From a virus: a stretch of 64,000 nucleotides of DNA. This document shows, one piece after another, positions 36,574 to 45,158 of the stretch (positions within the stretch are counted from its first letter, which is position 1; each line of letters opens with the position of its first letter). A program made the position numbers and the translations under genes. The notes beneath the pieces were generated by a model, which was given only the letters and a program-made list of their open reading frames with translations, was not told the origin of the DNA and ran no database searches. Location of the stretch: IMG/VR virus record IMGVR_UViG_3300045988_176633. One strand, written 5' to 3'.

Positions 36574-37177
36574 TTTTAACTTGAAGATTTACTGAAGGAT
36601 TTTTAAAGAAAAAAGAATCTGATTCGTATTTGTTATTGAATATGAATGAATAAAGATCGTTGTCCCAATCAGACCAAACACCTTTTGAAACAGAAAAATT
36701 CAAAAGATTTGCAATCTCAGAGTTATTAACTAAATCTTCTTCAAAACAAGTAGCAGATCCTGTAGTCGTCTCGTGATACTTAACAGAATAAACTTTAATT
36801 CTCGATTCTCCATTTTTAAATTCCGTGTGATCTATAATCTCTTGAATCCAATAGAAGAAAAACATAGATAAACATTCTGCACTAGGATTGACTCCTAACT
36901 CAATCCAACGAGCGTTTTCACTTTTAATAAAATCACGATAATCTTTTTTATCCTTATTCCAAAGAACGTGACAATGATCAAAAGAATCGATGAATTGTTT
37001 AATACTACCTTTCATCAGACCGAAATCCATCAACATACCACCATTATCCAATTTATCGGCTGTAATTGACACTTCGAGTTTGAAACTATGTCCGTGTATC
37101 GAATGACTACATCTAATAGATGTACAATTTCGAACTATGTGAGACATCTCACCTGTGAAAATTTTTGTAACAATCAT
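36560..37177 (-). CDS. queD: 6-carboxy-5,6,7,8-tetrahydropterin synthase
   Basis: FTGEMSHIVRN..CSHSIHGHSFKLEV...GGMLMDFG...FDHCHVLWN. At 205 aa it is longer than typical QueD. Confidence 0.8.
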   Translation of the reverse strand: MIVTKIFTGEMSHIVRNCTSIRCSHSIHGHSFKLEVSITADKLDNGGMLMDFGLMKGSIKQFIDSFDHCHVLWNKDKKDYRDFIKSENARWIELGVNPSAECLSMFFFYWIQEIIDHTEFKNGESRIKVYSVKYHETTTGSATCFEEDLVNNSEIANLLNFSVSKGVWSDWDNDLYSFIFNNKYESDSFFFKNPSVNLQVKNGQK

Positions 37178-37204
37178 AAAGTATCTCTTTTTAAATATGT
37201 CTAA

Positions 37205-37219
37205 AGATACTACTTATCT
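37205..37219 (-). promoter_or_regulatory. palindromic intergenic motif, degenerate copy 6
   Basis: agata-ctact-tatct preceded by taa on the + strand. The - strand GTATCTTTA ends 24 nt before the queD ATG. Confidence 0.35.
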
Positions 37220-37701
37220 ACCATTTCTTTAGCGAAGATGGCCACTAGTTTTAAGTTAGTTACGTACACATATGGTAGTGTTATGTCTTCCCCTTTAACA
37301 TTTAAAATGATTGAATCCTCATCTGGTATATTTGTCTTTACTTTGTAAACCTCTTTCTTATAAGAGACCATATTCCCAGCATGAAATAGATAGAATTTAT
37401 CCCAATAAGATATTGAAATATTTTTTTCTTGATTTGTTCCATATTGGAAGTTCGGCATCCCATATTCTTGGGAAAAACATTGTACAAAAAATTGATGGAA
37501 GGCTTTTTTCGAATCAAAGATTGAGATCATATGAAACTTTTTTGCCAAGTTTATGATCTTTTCTTTTTTCTTTTCAGCGATATCTCGATTCATTTTAATG
37601 AATTCAGGACGCTCATAAATTAATTCTCGTGTTTTAAACGAAAAATACTCCAATTGAAGGACTTGTAAAAATTCTGTTATGCTTAAATCTCTACTTTTCA
37701 T
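37210..37701 (-). CDS. hypothetical protein (163 aa)
   Basis: ATG ORF. No motif. Confidence 0.45.
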   Translation of the reverse strand: MKSRDLSITEFLQVLQLEYFSFKTRELIYERPEFIKMNRDIAEKKKEKIINLAKKFHMISIFDSKKAFHQFFVQCFSQEYGMPNFQYGTNQEKNISISYWDKFYLFHAGNMVSYKKEVYKVKTNIPDEDSIILNVKGEDITLPYVYVTNLKLVAIFAKEMVDK

Positions 37702-37707
37702 AATAAC

Positions 37708-37754
37708 AAATTTGGAGTTGTAAATCTACAAAATAAAACTACAACTCCAAATTT
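37708..37754 (-). other. long perfect hairpin (15-bp stem, 17-nt loop) between two small genes
   Basis: aaatttggagttgta ... tacaactccaaattt. No U-tract follows on the - strand, so it is not a classical terminator. Confidence 0.6.
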
Positions 37755-37762
37755 TTACACTT

Positions 37763-38053
37763 TCAATTTGCAAATTTTCTAAATTCCTTAACAGCTTCTA
37801 AATAATCAACCTTTTCGCTCCAAGTCCAATTTCCATAAATATCATTCATCAATCTCTTTATCATTCTTATTACCGCTGCTTTAGCGTAATTAATCTTCTT
37901 ATTCATCTCTAAGAATTGCTCCAACACTTCGTAATTATAATGACCTTCTTCATCAAATAATTTCTCATCCAATTCATTCCTTATATCTTTTAAAGAAGAA
38001 ACTTCATTCATCTTTTCGAATATTGCTGTTCTTTTATCTTCTCTTGTCTTCAT
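37763..38053 (-). CDS. hypothetical protein (96 aa)
   Basis: ATG ORF about 12 nt downstream of conserved element B. Confidence 0.45.
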   Translation of the reverse strand: MKTREDKRTAIFEKMNEVSSLKDIRNELDEKLFDEEGHYNYEVLEQFLEMNKKINYAKAAVIRMIKRLMNDIYGNWTWSEKVDYLEAVKEFRKFAN

Positions 38054-38064
38054 TTTATTAGCTC

Positions 38065-38110
38065 TTTTAATTATGACCTAAAGGTCAGACCTTTATTTCA
38101 ATGGAGCAAC
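38065..38110 (-). repeat. copy B of the ~45-nt conserved element (see 3527..3571)
   Basis: On the - strand it reads GTTGCTCCATTGAAATAAAGGTCtGACCTTTAggtcaTAATTAAAA. Intergenic, between the primase stop and the next ATG. Confidence 0.7.
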
Positions 38111-38115
38111 AGATC

Positions 38116-39123
38116 CTACAAAAATTTTTTCAATACTCTAAAATTAATAGGATCGATCAAATTATCAAGAGCATCTAACAATTCTTCACAAGTTGCATTT
38201 CCTGGGTCTTTGCTAGTATCTTTCAACAATGCTATCTTTGTCTCAAAAGATTTCTGTAAATTTAATGCAGAGCTTTTTATCTGATCAGGTTTATCTGGAT
38301 CGTACATCAATATGACTCGCTCAATCTTCTTCTTTTGTAAAAAAGAAATTTGCTCCTTACTTATACTGTTGCCAAATGTAAATACACACCTGATGCTTTC
38401 GTCTTCTCTAAGATTCAACTTAGAATCAAGACCAATATAATCAAAGAGACCTTCTACTATTATAACAACTTGTGTTTTCTCTGAAATATCATCGTAACCT
38501 CCTAATATCTTGGTAAAATCAGTCTTACTATTCTCATATCTTAATTTTGGTTTTATCCCCTTTTCTTTCGCTTTTTTCAAATTCATCTCATGCCATTCTT
38601 TAGAATGACGACTACGAGCTAACCAAGCGATTGTCTTACCATTCATCTTCATCTTGAAAATGATATAATTCTTTAATTCTCTTTCTAAAGGGGATTCGGT
38701 AAATGATGGTTCAAATTCATCATAATGAAACTGTTTAAAACCTCTAGAATTTAGATATTCATCATCTACTAATCTTTGTAACTTAAATGGTAATGAAACA
38801 GCTTTAAACACTATATCATCCTCTTTTTCATCTTCCTTTTCAGGAACCAATTCGACTAGGGAAGATTTAATACTATTTTCATAGTGATTTCTTATTAAAT
38901 CTAATCTATCAATCTGCTTTAAAAATTCAAAAGCACTTGACTTTTTACCACATTTAAAACAGTGAAATATAAAAGAAGTGTTGTTATCGCTAAATACAAT
39001 TCCCCACTTCTTTTCACCTTTGCAGAAAGGACATGCGTTATTCTTGTCCTGAAAAAATCCTCTAGCTCCAAATGGAGTTAGATTTAATTCAGAGATAATC
39101 TCATTCCTATCGATCCTAATCAT
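38116..39123 (-). CDS. dnaG: DNA primase (zinc ribbon + Toprim)
   Basis: CPFCKGEKK...HCFKCGKKS zinc ribbon. Toprim motifs VIIVEGLFDYIGL and ILMYDPD. Confidence 0.75.
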   Translation of the reverse strand: MIRIDRNEIISELNLTPFGARGFFQDKNNACPFCKGEKKWGIVFSDNNTSFIFHCFKCGKKSSAFEFLKQIDRLDLIRNHYENSIKSSLVELVPEKEDEKEDDIVFKAVSLPFKLQRLVDDEYLNSRGFKQFHYDEFEPSFTESPLERELKNYIIFKMKMNGKTIAWLARSRHSKEWHEMNLKKAKEKGIKPKLRYENSKTDFTKILGGYDDISEKTQVVIIVEGLFDYIGLDSKLNLREDESIRCVFTFGNSISKEQISFLQKKKIERVILMYDPDKPDQIKSSALNLQKSFETKIALLKDTSKDPGNATCEELLDALDNLIDPINFRVLKKFL

Positions 39124-40574
39124 ATCACAGTGACTTCTTGAGTTTCTTTCTTCTTACCCTTACGTAGTTTATCCTTTCTCTCAGGTTTATCGGCAGTCGT
39201 TGATATAACTTCGGAACTATCATTGTATAAAGCCATAGTACGCTTACGATTATAGAACCTACCACGACCATAATCAGTAGCGATAGAAAAGATTTCTTGA
39301 CTACTCTTGTAATCACGAAGTTTGTCAACAAAGATCCTACATTTCTCATCTTTCTTCTCTTGCATTGTAATATTTCCAGTAAATACAAATGAATAAGGCT
39401 TCACAAGAGTTCTATCACCTTCAGTATTAGAACGGTCTATATGTTTCATTTCATTATTCCAGACATCCATAGGTACATCACCTGTTTGTGTAGCTGTTAT
39501 ACCAACCATTTTAAATTCGACACAAATATCTTTAAATAATTGTGAACATTTCTGTAATCTAAACTTAGTAAATTCTGGATCATTGTCTATCTTCTTGTTT
39601 ACACCAGTCATTAGAAGATCTAACGAATCGACGATCAATAGTTGTGGAAAATGACCATATACTTTTTGATATTCGATACATAGATTTCGAATATCAACCA
39701 TTGATGCTTGACCGAATTTTTCAAATCCATAGATATCAATATCTTGACCAAAAGATTTCATATCTCTTAAAGTTTTCATGATCTGTTTTTCATCTTCTTG
39801 TTTTAAAAGACCTTTTTTGATGTCTATGTAACTTTGATTTGTCCACATTTGATCGTATTTGTCTGTACAAGCATCAACACCACCTTCTAATTGTATGTGT
39901 AGCACTGAAATGCTTTCAAGTGCTGCTGCATATCCATGCCATTTTAATACGGTTGATTTTCCAACACCAGATCTCATAATCCACAATACCGTATCTCCTG
40001 GATCTGCGCCACCATAACTAATATCATCAAGACGATCAATTCCCAAAGAAACTTTATTTTGGACTTTAGCGAGCTTATTTTCATCATATCTCTTTTTCAT
40101 CCTTTCTTGAAATCCTTCAAATACTCGAATAAATTTTCCACCAGTCTTTCGAAGTGATATTTCTAATATTCTTTTACTTTCTTCTGCATTGACTTTAATC
40201 GCTTCATCTCTTTTACCTTCTTCGTATAAATCATGAACCTTTTTACTAAGAAGTTCAAACTCAGTCTCGCGAATAAAAGATTCTAGTTGATCAATAATTA
40301 ATTCTTTGTCAACTAAACGAGCCTTTTTAATTTCTTTGATTGATTCTTGAACAGAATCATTATCAGCATATTTCTGAGCAATAACTCCCAAAGAAGGTGT
40401 TACTTCTTTCCCAATGAATTGTTCGACAGCTTCTTTCAATAGAAACTTATAACCGACCCACTCTTTAGGAATTAATTGATAAGTCATATGACCCGAAACC
40501 ATTCTCATGATATTCCCATCAATGAACATCAATTTGAATAACTCTGCCATAAAATTTTCATTCAACTTTCTCAT
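39120..40574 (-). CDS. dnaB: DnaB-like replicative DNA helicase
   Basis: RecA-fold C-terminal domain with Walker A MRSGVGKST and Walker B LLIVDSLDLL. Overlaps the primase gene by 4 nt. Confidence 0.75.
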   Translation of the reverse strand: MRKLNENFMAELFKLMFIDGNIMRMVSGHMTYQLIPKEWVGYKFLLKEAVEQFIGKEVTPSLGVIAQKYADNDSVQESIKEIKKARLVDKELIIDQLESFIRETEFELLSKKVHDLYEEGKRDEAIKVNAEESKRILEISLRKTGGKFIRVFEGFQERMKKRYDENKLAKVQNKVSLGIDRLDDISYGGADPGDTVLWIMRSGVGKSTVLKWHGYAAALESISVLHIQLEGGVDACTDKYDQMWTNQSYIDIKKGLLKQEDEKQIMKTLRDMKSFGQDIDIYGFEKFGQASMVDIRNLCIEYQKVYGHFPQLLIVDSLDLLMTGVNKKIDNDPEFTKFRLQKCSQLFKDICVEFKMVGITATQTGDVPMDVWNNEMKHIDRSNTEGDRTLVKPYSFVFTGNITMQEKKDEKCRIFVDKLRDYKSSQEIFSIATDYGRGRFYNRKRTMALYNDSSEVISTTADKPERKDKLRKGKKKETQEVTVI

Positions 40575-43366
40575 ATCGTGTTTATTTGAACCGTTATATG
40601 ACTATCTTCACGAAGACTATTAATCGCTATGAATGAGCTCATACAAATATCGTCATGAGCACCAACAGCTTCTAATTTACCTCTGTCACTTCTAAAAGTA
40701 ATAGAAGAGAATTCACCAAAAACAATCTTCACCATATCTCTTGTTGGTCCTACTGCATATGGTATTTTTATTTGACCTCTTTCAAACATTGCCGAAAGAC
40801 TTGGTAAACCAGTATGAAGATCCTTCTTATTGCCTTCTGTTGTTGTAAAGGTCTCAATGTTTTTCAAACCTCTTTCCCTTGCTAGTCCACTTAAAATACT
40901 TTGAAAACCATTAGCTTCACATACAATTTTATTGGGTTTGAATAAAGTATTAAATAATACAATTTTATCAACTTGCTCATTGTGACTCATTCCTTTCTGT
41001 CTATGGATCGCTATCAAATAATAATTATCCATAAAATCGATCCCCCATACTGTGTAAACTGTATAGTCTGCACCGATATTACCAGAAACTGCAAAATCAC
41101 AACCAACAACAACCCTTTGTAATTTAAATGGAAAGTAATCAATGGTATCTGCAAAAGAAATATTTTCCATCCCAACTGTCGATCTCATTAAAAACTCATA
41201 AGGGAAAATGGTACTACTATCTGCAATAGGAACTACTAAGTATTCACGACTAAATACCATTGTACCTAACTCATCTTTTTTCTGAATAATATCATCAAAA
41301 GTATATCTATCTGGAGCAAGAGGACGTCCATCTGGAAATATTATCGGATACTCAAAGACTGCAAAACGTTTATCAGCTTTAATAATATTATAAAGTTCAT
41401 TAGGAGCAGTTGAATATGGTGTACCAGAAATCAAGAAATACCCATAAGGTTCAACAATGGGACTGATTGTCCCTCGAAAAGTTTCTTTTAATTTTTCTCT
41501 CTGTTCATCACTATAAATAGAACTTTCATCTGGCATATCATCAACTATAGCTGCACCAACATGTAAACCACGAATCATAGAATCTTTACCACGAACATGT
41601 AATATTCCTCCGTTTTCAGTTTCAATCATCGTCTCTCCTAATTTCGCTTTTTTATTAGGATTAAGTTTGTTACTTAAAATTGGATTTGTCTCTATTTCTT
41701 CAATGATTTTCCCAACGTGAACCTTAGCAAGAGTTATCATATTAGTAATCAGAGCGGTTTCCTTTCGATTCTTATTATCAATCGTATCACCAGCATAAAA
41801 AATTGGTTTTGTATAACTATATAATCTCCATAATGGGAATGCGTAAGCAAACTCATAACTATTATGAACAACAGTCCCATCTGATAATAAAAATTTATGA
41901 TCTCCATCTAAAGAAAAACCATAATAATCACCTTTGCCAACTGGAGTTATTGATAAACTACTTCTACTAAAATCTTGAATTTTCTCAATCTTTAGACATT
42001 TCTTTCTTTCGATCTTAGTAGGAATCGTGTCGATATCTCCAGAAATATTACATTGATATTGGATATTACCTTTTAAATCATATTTTTTACCATTTGTTTT
42101 TAATGTTGTACTAACAACTCTTTTTCTAACTGAAACACATCTAAATCCTAAAGATAAAGCTAATTGTCTAACATCATTTATTAATCGCTCATTTGAATTC
42201 GCAAAAATAAATGACTTTCCTCCATTTTTCTTAGTCTTCTCTAAAGAACCGTCTGTATCGATAAGACCTGCTAACAATTGAAGTCTCTGTTGTCGAGAAC
42301 TTCTCATATAAATATCTGGAATATGTTTATTTCTAAGAACATTTAACTTTTCGAGATTTTCATTAAGAAAATTTCTTTTTGATCCAGGAATATTTACAAT
42401 ACATGAATATAATTCTTTTTGATGAAAAGAACAAAATCTTCTTTTGTGAATCCCTCCCAATCTATCAGCATACTGATCCAAATAAAGACAAATCTCTGGA
42501 TCAATTGTAGTTATAACTTGATTATGAGAATTTCCATCACCTAACCATAATCCTAAAAAATAAGGTTCTATAGAAAGAGATTTTTCAGGAAGATCCCAAC
42601 CCTTAACTCTATATCCATAGATCTTTTTATATCTATATAACCATCTTTGAGGAATTTTTTCAACTGGAATCTCCTCTTTACAAATTTCTCTTCCTATATA
42701 TTTTTTACCTTTCGAACCATGATCAATATATTTTTCTTTATCCCATTGAATACAAACCAAATGACCCTCATTTACACAATAATCCTTTGCATAAGTCTGA
42801 TGAATTTTATACATAGGTGCTTTACCTCTATGCAATTGAAGAACTTTCCTTGGTGTTGAATCTGGTCCCATAACTAAATCACCGACTTTGACGTCTTGAA
42901 CTTTCTTTAGAGATCCATCATACATAACCACTAACTCATTGAGACTCATACATTTCCCAGAACCGCGACTACAAAGATAACTAGACCAAGGAAATAATTG
43001 AGTTAAATTCCCCCATTCTAAATTTCTCCATCCCATCATAAAATTAGATAAGACAGTCGCACAAAAATAATTGAAAGACAATATTCTCAATCTCTCATCC
43101 ATAGCTGCAGCTAGATTGTCAATGTACGAAAGATTTTCAGTATCTAACGATCTACCGAAATTCATTGCCATATCAGTTTGATTAACAATCTCTGTTAGAA
43201 GTTTATCTATGTCCTCAGAATAACCTTCTAACAATTGATTGATCGAATGTGCAGGCAATCTTTCAATTATATCGTTTGCCGCAGAATATAACCTCCTGTT
43301 TTGTAAGAGTGTAAATTTGCTAGCTGGTTTATCTTGTTCAGTCCAATCTTGTTGTTTGATTATCAT
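40571..43366 (-). CDS. terL: terminase large subunit, intein-containing precursor
   Basis: Walker A CSRGSGK|..|S is split by the intein. Walker B-like AAIVDDM and coupling motif ISGTPYS. RNase H-like nuclease residues VGCDFAVS, ANGFQ and HDDICMS. Confidence 0.75.
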   Translation of the reverse strand: MIIKQQDWTEQDKPASKFTLLQNRRLYSAANDIIERLPAHSINQLLEGYSEDIDKLLTEIVNQTDMAMNFGRSLDTENLSYIDNLAAAMDERLRILSFNYFCATVLSNFMMGWRNLEWGNLTQLFPWSSYLCSRGSGKCMSLNELVVMYDGSLKKVQDVKVGDLVMGPDSTPRKVLQLHRGKAPMYKIHQTYAKDYCVNEGHLVCIQWDKEKYIDHGSKGKKYIGREICKEEIPVEKIPQRWLYRYKKIYGYRVKGWDLPEKSLSIEPYFLGLWLGDGNSHNQVITTIDPEICLYLDQYADRLGGIHKRRFCSFHQKELYSCIVNIPGSKRNFLNENLEKLNVLRNKHIPDIYMRSSRQQRLQLLAGLIDTDGSLEKTKKNGGKSFIFANSNERLINDVRQLALSLGFRCVSVRKRVVSTTLKTNGKKYDLKGNIQYQCNISGDIDTIPTKIERKKCLKIEKIQDFSRSSLSITPVGKGDYYGFSLDGDHKFLLSDGTVVHNSYEFAYAFPLWRLYSYTKPIFYAGDTIDNKNRKETALITNMITLAKVHVGKIIEEIETNPILSNKLNPNKKAKLGETMIETENGGILHVRGKDSMIRGLHVGAAIVDDMPDESSIYSDEQREKLKETFRGTISPIVEPYGYFLISGTPYSTAPNELYNIIKADKRFAVFEYPIIFPDGRPLAPDRYTFDDIIQKKDELGTMVFSREYLVVPIADSSTIFPYEFLMRSTVGMENISFADTIDYFPFKLQRVVVGCDFAVSGNIGADYTVYTVWGIDFMDNYYLIAIHRQKGMSHNEQVDKIVLFNTLFKPNKIVCEANGFQSILSGLARERGLKNIETFTTTEGNKKDLHTGLPSLSAMFERGQIKIPYAVGPTRDMVKIVFGEFSSITFRSDRGKLEAVGAHDDICMSSFIAINSLREDSHITVQINTI
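41861..42952 (-). mobile_element. LAGLIDADG-type intein (364 aa) in the TerL P-loop
   Basis: Starts CMSLNELVVMYDG and ends GTVVHN followed by +1 Ser. LAGLIDADG motifs are YFLGLWLGDGNS and LLAGLIDTDGSL. Boundaries were checked codon by codon. Confidence 0.85.
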
Positions 43367-44028
43367 AGTTGAAATTTTTCTCTAAATCTAGTGAATCCTG
43401 TTTCTTGCGGAGCATTTGTAATAGATGAGGAAGTATTTGTCCCTCTCAAGGATTTAACATATTCAATTAATAAGTAAGCATTTGCTTTAGTATCATCCAA
43501 AGCTCTATGTGCATTTACAAGATCAATGTTAGACAGTCCACAACAAGTATGTAACTTATAATCTTGTTGTTCTAATGCAGCCATATGAGCTATCTGCATA
43601 GTATCGAGTTGATACTTAACATATTTATCAAGATCGTCACCTAAATATTCGAACATGTTTTTAACAAAAGGAACGTCAAAACCAACGATATTATGCCCGG
43701 CAAGAGTACAGAGTTGTCTGGGATTTTTGTATTTTTTAAACAACTCTAACCATTTCTTATAAACTTCCTTTAATGAGACTCCTTTTGATTCTTGTATTTC
43801 TCTGGTAATACCGTGAACATCTGTGGCTTGTTGTTCATATGTTAAACCTTCCTTGTAATCAGGTTCCAAAATCAGAGAACATTCTTCACATACTTCTAAT
43901 TTCTCCATATCAATAACTACCATAGCGAATTCTACGATTGGTACATCGTAAAATGCTTTCTTGTCTTTAGAACACAACCCTCCGGTTTCGAGGTCAAAAA
44001 CAATAATATATTTACAACTCGTTTTCAT
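43363..44028 (-). CDS. dnaQ: DnaQ-like DEDDh 3'-5' exonuclease
   Basis: ExoI IVFDLETGG, ExoII LAGHNIVGFDVPF and ExoIII HRALDDTKA. Confidence 0.85.
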   Translation of the reverse strand: MKTSCKYIIVFDLETGGLCSKDKKAFYDVPIVEFAMVVIDMEKLEVCEECSLILEPDYKEGLTYEQQATDVHGITREIQESKGVSLKEVYKKWLELFKKYKNPRQLCTLAGHNIVGFDVPFVKNMFEYLGDDLDKYVKYQLDTMQIAHMAALEQQDYKLHTCCGLSNIDLVNAHRALDDTKANAYLLIEYVKSLRGTNTSSSITNAPQETGFTRFREKFQL

Positions 44029-44239
44029 TATTTTGAATGTTATAAAGTTTTACACTACAATTTTGCTGTTCTACTTCAACAATTTTATTACCACCTAAAT
44101 ATTCTGGTAACTTACCTCGATTGATATAGCCTAATACATCTCTAGGATTGAATCTTTCGTTTGAATCTTTCTTTGAGAAATTATCATTTAAAAATTTTGT
44201 TATGCCTGTTAAATTGGCATTTTTTAATAAATACTTCAT
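44012..44239 (-). CDS. hypothetical protein (75 aa)
   Basis: ATG ORF. No motif. Confidence 0.4.
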   Translation of the reverse strand: MKYLLKNANLTGITKFLNDNFSKKDSNERFNPRDVLGYINRGKLPEYLGGNKIVEVEQQNCSVKLYNIQNNENEL

Positions 44240-44661
44240 ACTTTCATTATCGTCTGAATCTTATCGAAATCTCTATCTCTTGCATCTACGTCATCATAGA
44301 TGATCCTTAAATTTTTAATAGGGTTGTCTTTGAGGTTGACCTCTTCTGGCATCTCATTAATATTAAGGATTGCAGCTCCATTACTATCCCAATCTTTACT
44401 ATAAGTCAATACATAATACTTTGGAAGAGTAATTACTTTATCACCACTTCCAAGTGTGATAAATTTACTTTTTGACTGTTCAAGATTTCTTTTGAAAAGG
44501 AATCTTTTCAAACATTCGTATCGAAATTCTTTAAAACTTTCTTCATCTTCTACTTCAATCAATGTCTTTAATTTAGAAGATATAAGACCTGTCGAAGGAT
44601 TATCTTCGATAATTTTAAGACACAAACTAAGAGCTTTTATCAAAACCAATCTATGTAACAT
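44236..44661 (-). CDS. hypothetical protein
   Basis: The track start at 44667 is a GTG. The ATG at 44661 avoids overlap with the upstream stop. Confidence 0.45.
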   Translation of the reverse strand: MLHRLVLIKALSLCLKIIEDNPSTGLISSKLKTLIEVEDEESFKEFRYECLKRFLFKRNLEQSKSKFITLGSGDKVITLPKYYVLTYSKDWDSNGAAILNINEMPEEVNLKDNPIKNLRIIYDDVDARDRDFDKIQTIMKV

Positions 44662-44663
44662 AA

Positions 44664-45002
44664 TCACTCCCTTTCGTTAAAATCTTCGAACTTGTGACAA
44701 GCTGAACAAAGAAGTCTAATATTGTTTTTATCCATCTTCAATTCAGGATGAGCTCCACGAGACTTTATGTGAGAAAAGAAAATAGGCTTTGGATCGTTTC
44801 CAAGGTCTTTTCCACATTTGGTACATTTATGAGGTCTCTCATTCCATATTTCTTGAAATAAAGATTGAAGATCCCCTCTTCGCTCTCGTGTTACTTCTTT
44901 GTCACAATCTTTACACAACCACTTAATCCTATTGTAAATCAAATGATTTGTACCACATTTTACACATGGACGAACTTCTTCTTTAACCTTCTTTTTCCAC
45001 AT
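44664..45002 (-). CDS. small zinc-binding HNH nuclease
   Basis: CVKCG...CKDC and CTKCG... then FFSHIKSRGAHPELKMDKNNIRLLCSACH, a beta-beta-alpha-Me H-N-H with paired CxxC. Confidence 0.5.
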   Translation of the reverse strand: MWKKKVKEEVRPCVKCGTNHLIYNRIKWLCKDCDKEVTRERRGDLQSLFQEIWNERPHKCTKCGKDLGNDPKPIFFSHIKSRGAHPELKMDKNNIRLLCSACHKFEDFNERE

Positions 45003-45156
45003 ATTTATGATATTCTCTCATTGCTGATAATATACCTTGATACACTTCTTCATCAAATAGAACGTTGTCTATCCGATCTTTGTTATAGTTCAATGATTTT
45101 GAAATTTCGTTCCACAAAATCATTTCTTCTTCAGTTTTATACCTTTTCTTTTCCAT
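44983..45156 (-). CDS. small hypothetical protein (57 aa, below the track cutoff)
   Basis: Hand-translated: ATG at 45156, MEKKRYKTEEEMILWNEISKSLNYNKDRIDNVLFDEEVYQGILSAMREYHKYVEKEG, stop at 44983. It fills an otherwise empty 156-nt gap in a tightly packed array. Confidence 0.4.
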   Translation of the reverse strand: MEKKRYKTEEEMILWNEISKSLNYNKDRIDNVLFDEEVYQGILSAMREYHKYVEKEG

Positions 45157-45158
45157 AA

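Noticed and set aside
39125-39388. 87-aa ORF nested in the same strand inside the helicase gene
   Set aside because: It is an out-of-frame internal ORF within a gene that has clear Walker motifs. No evidence for overprinting.
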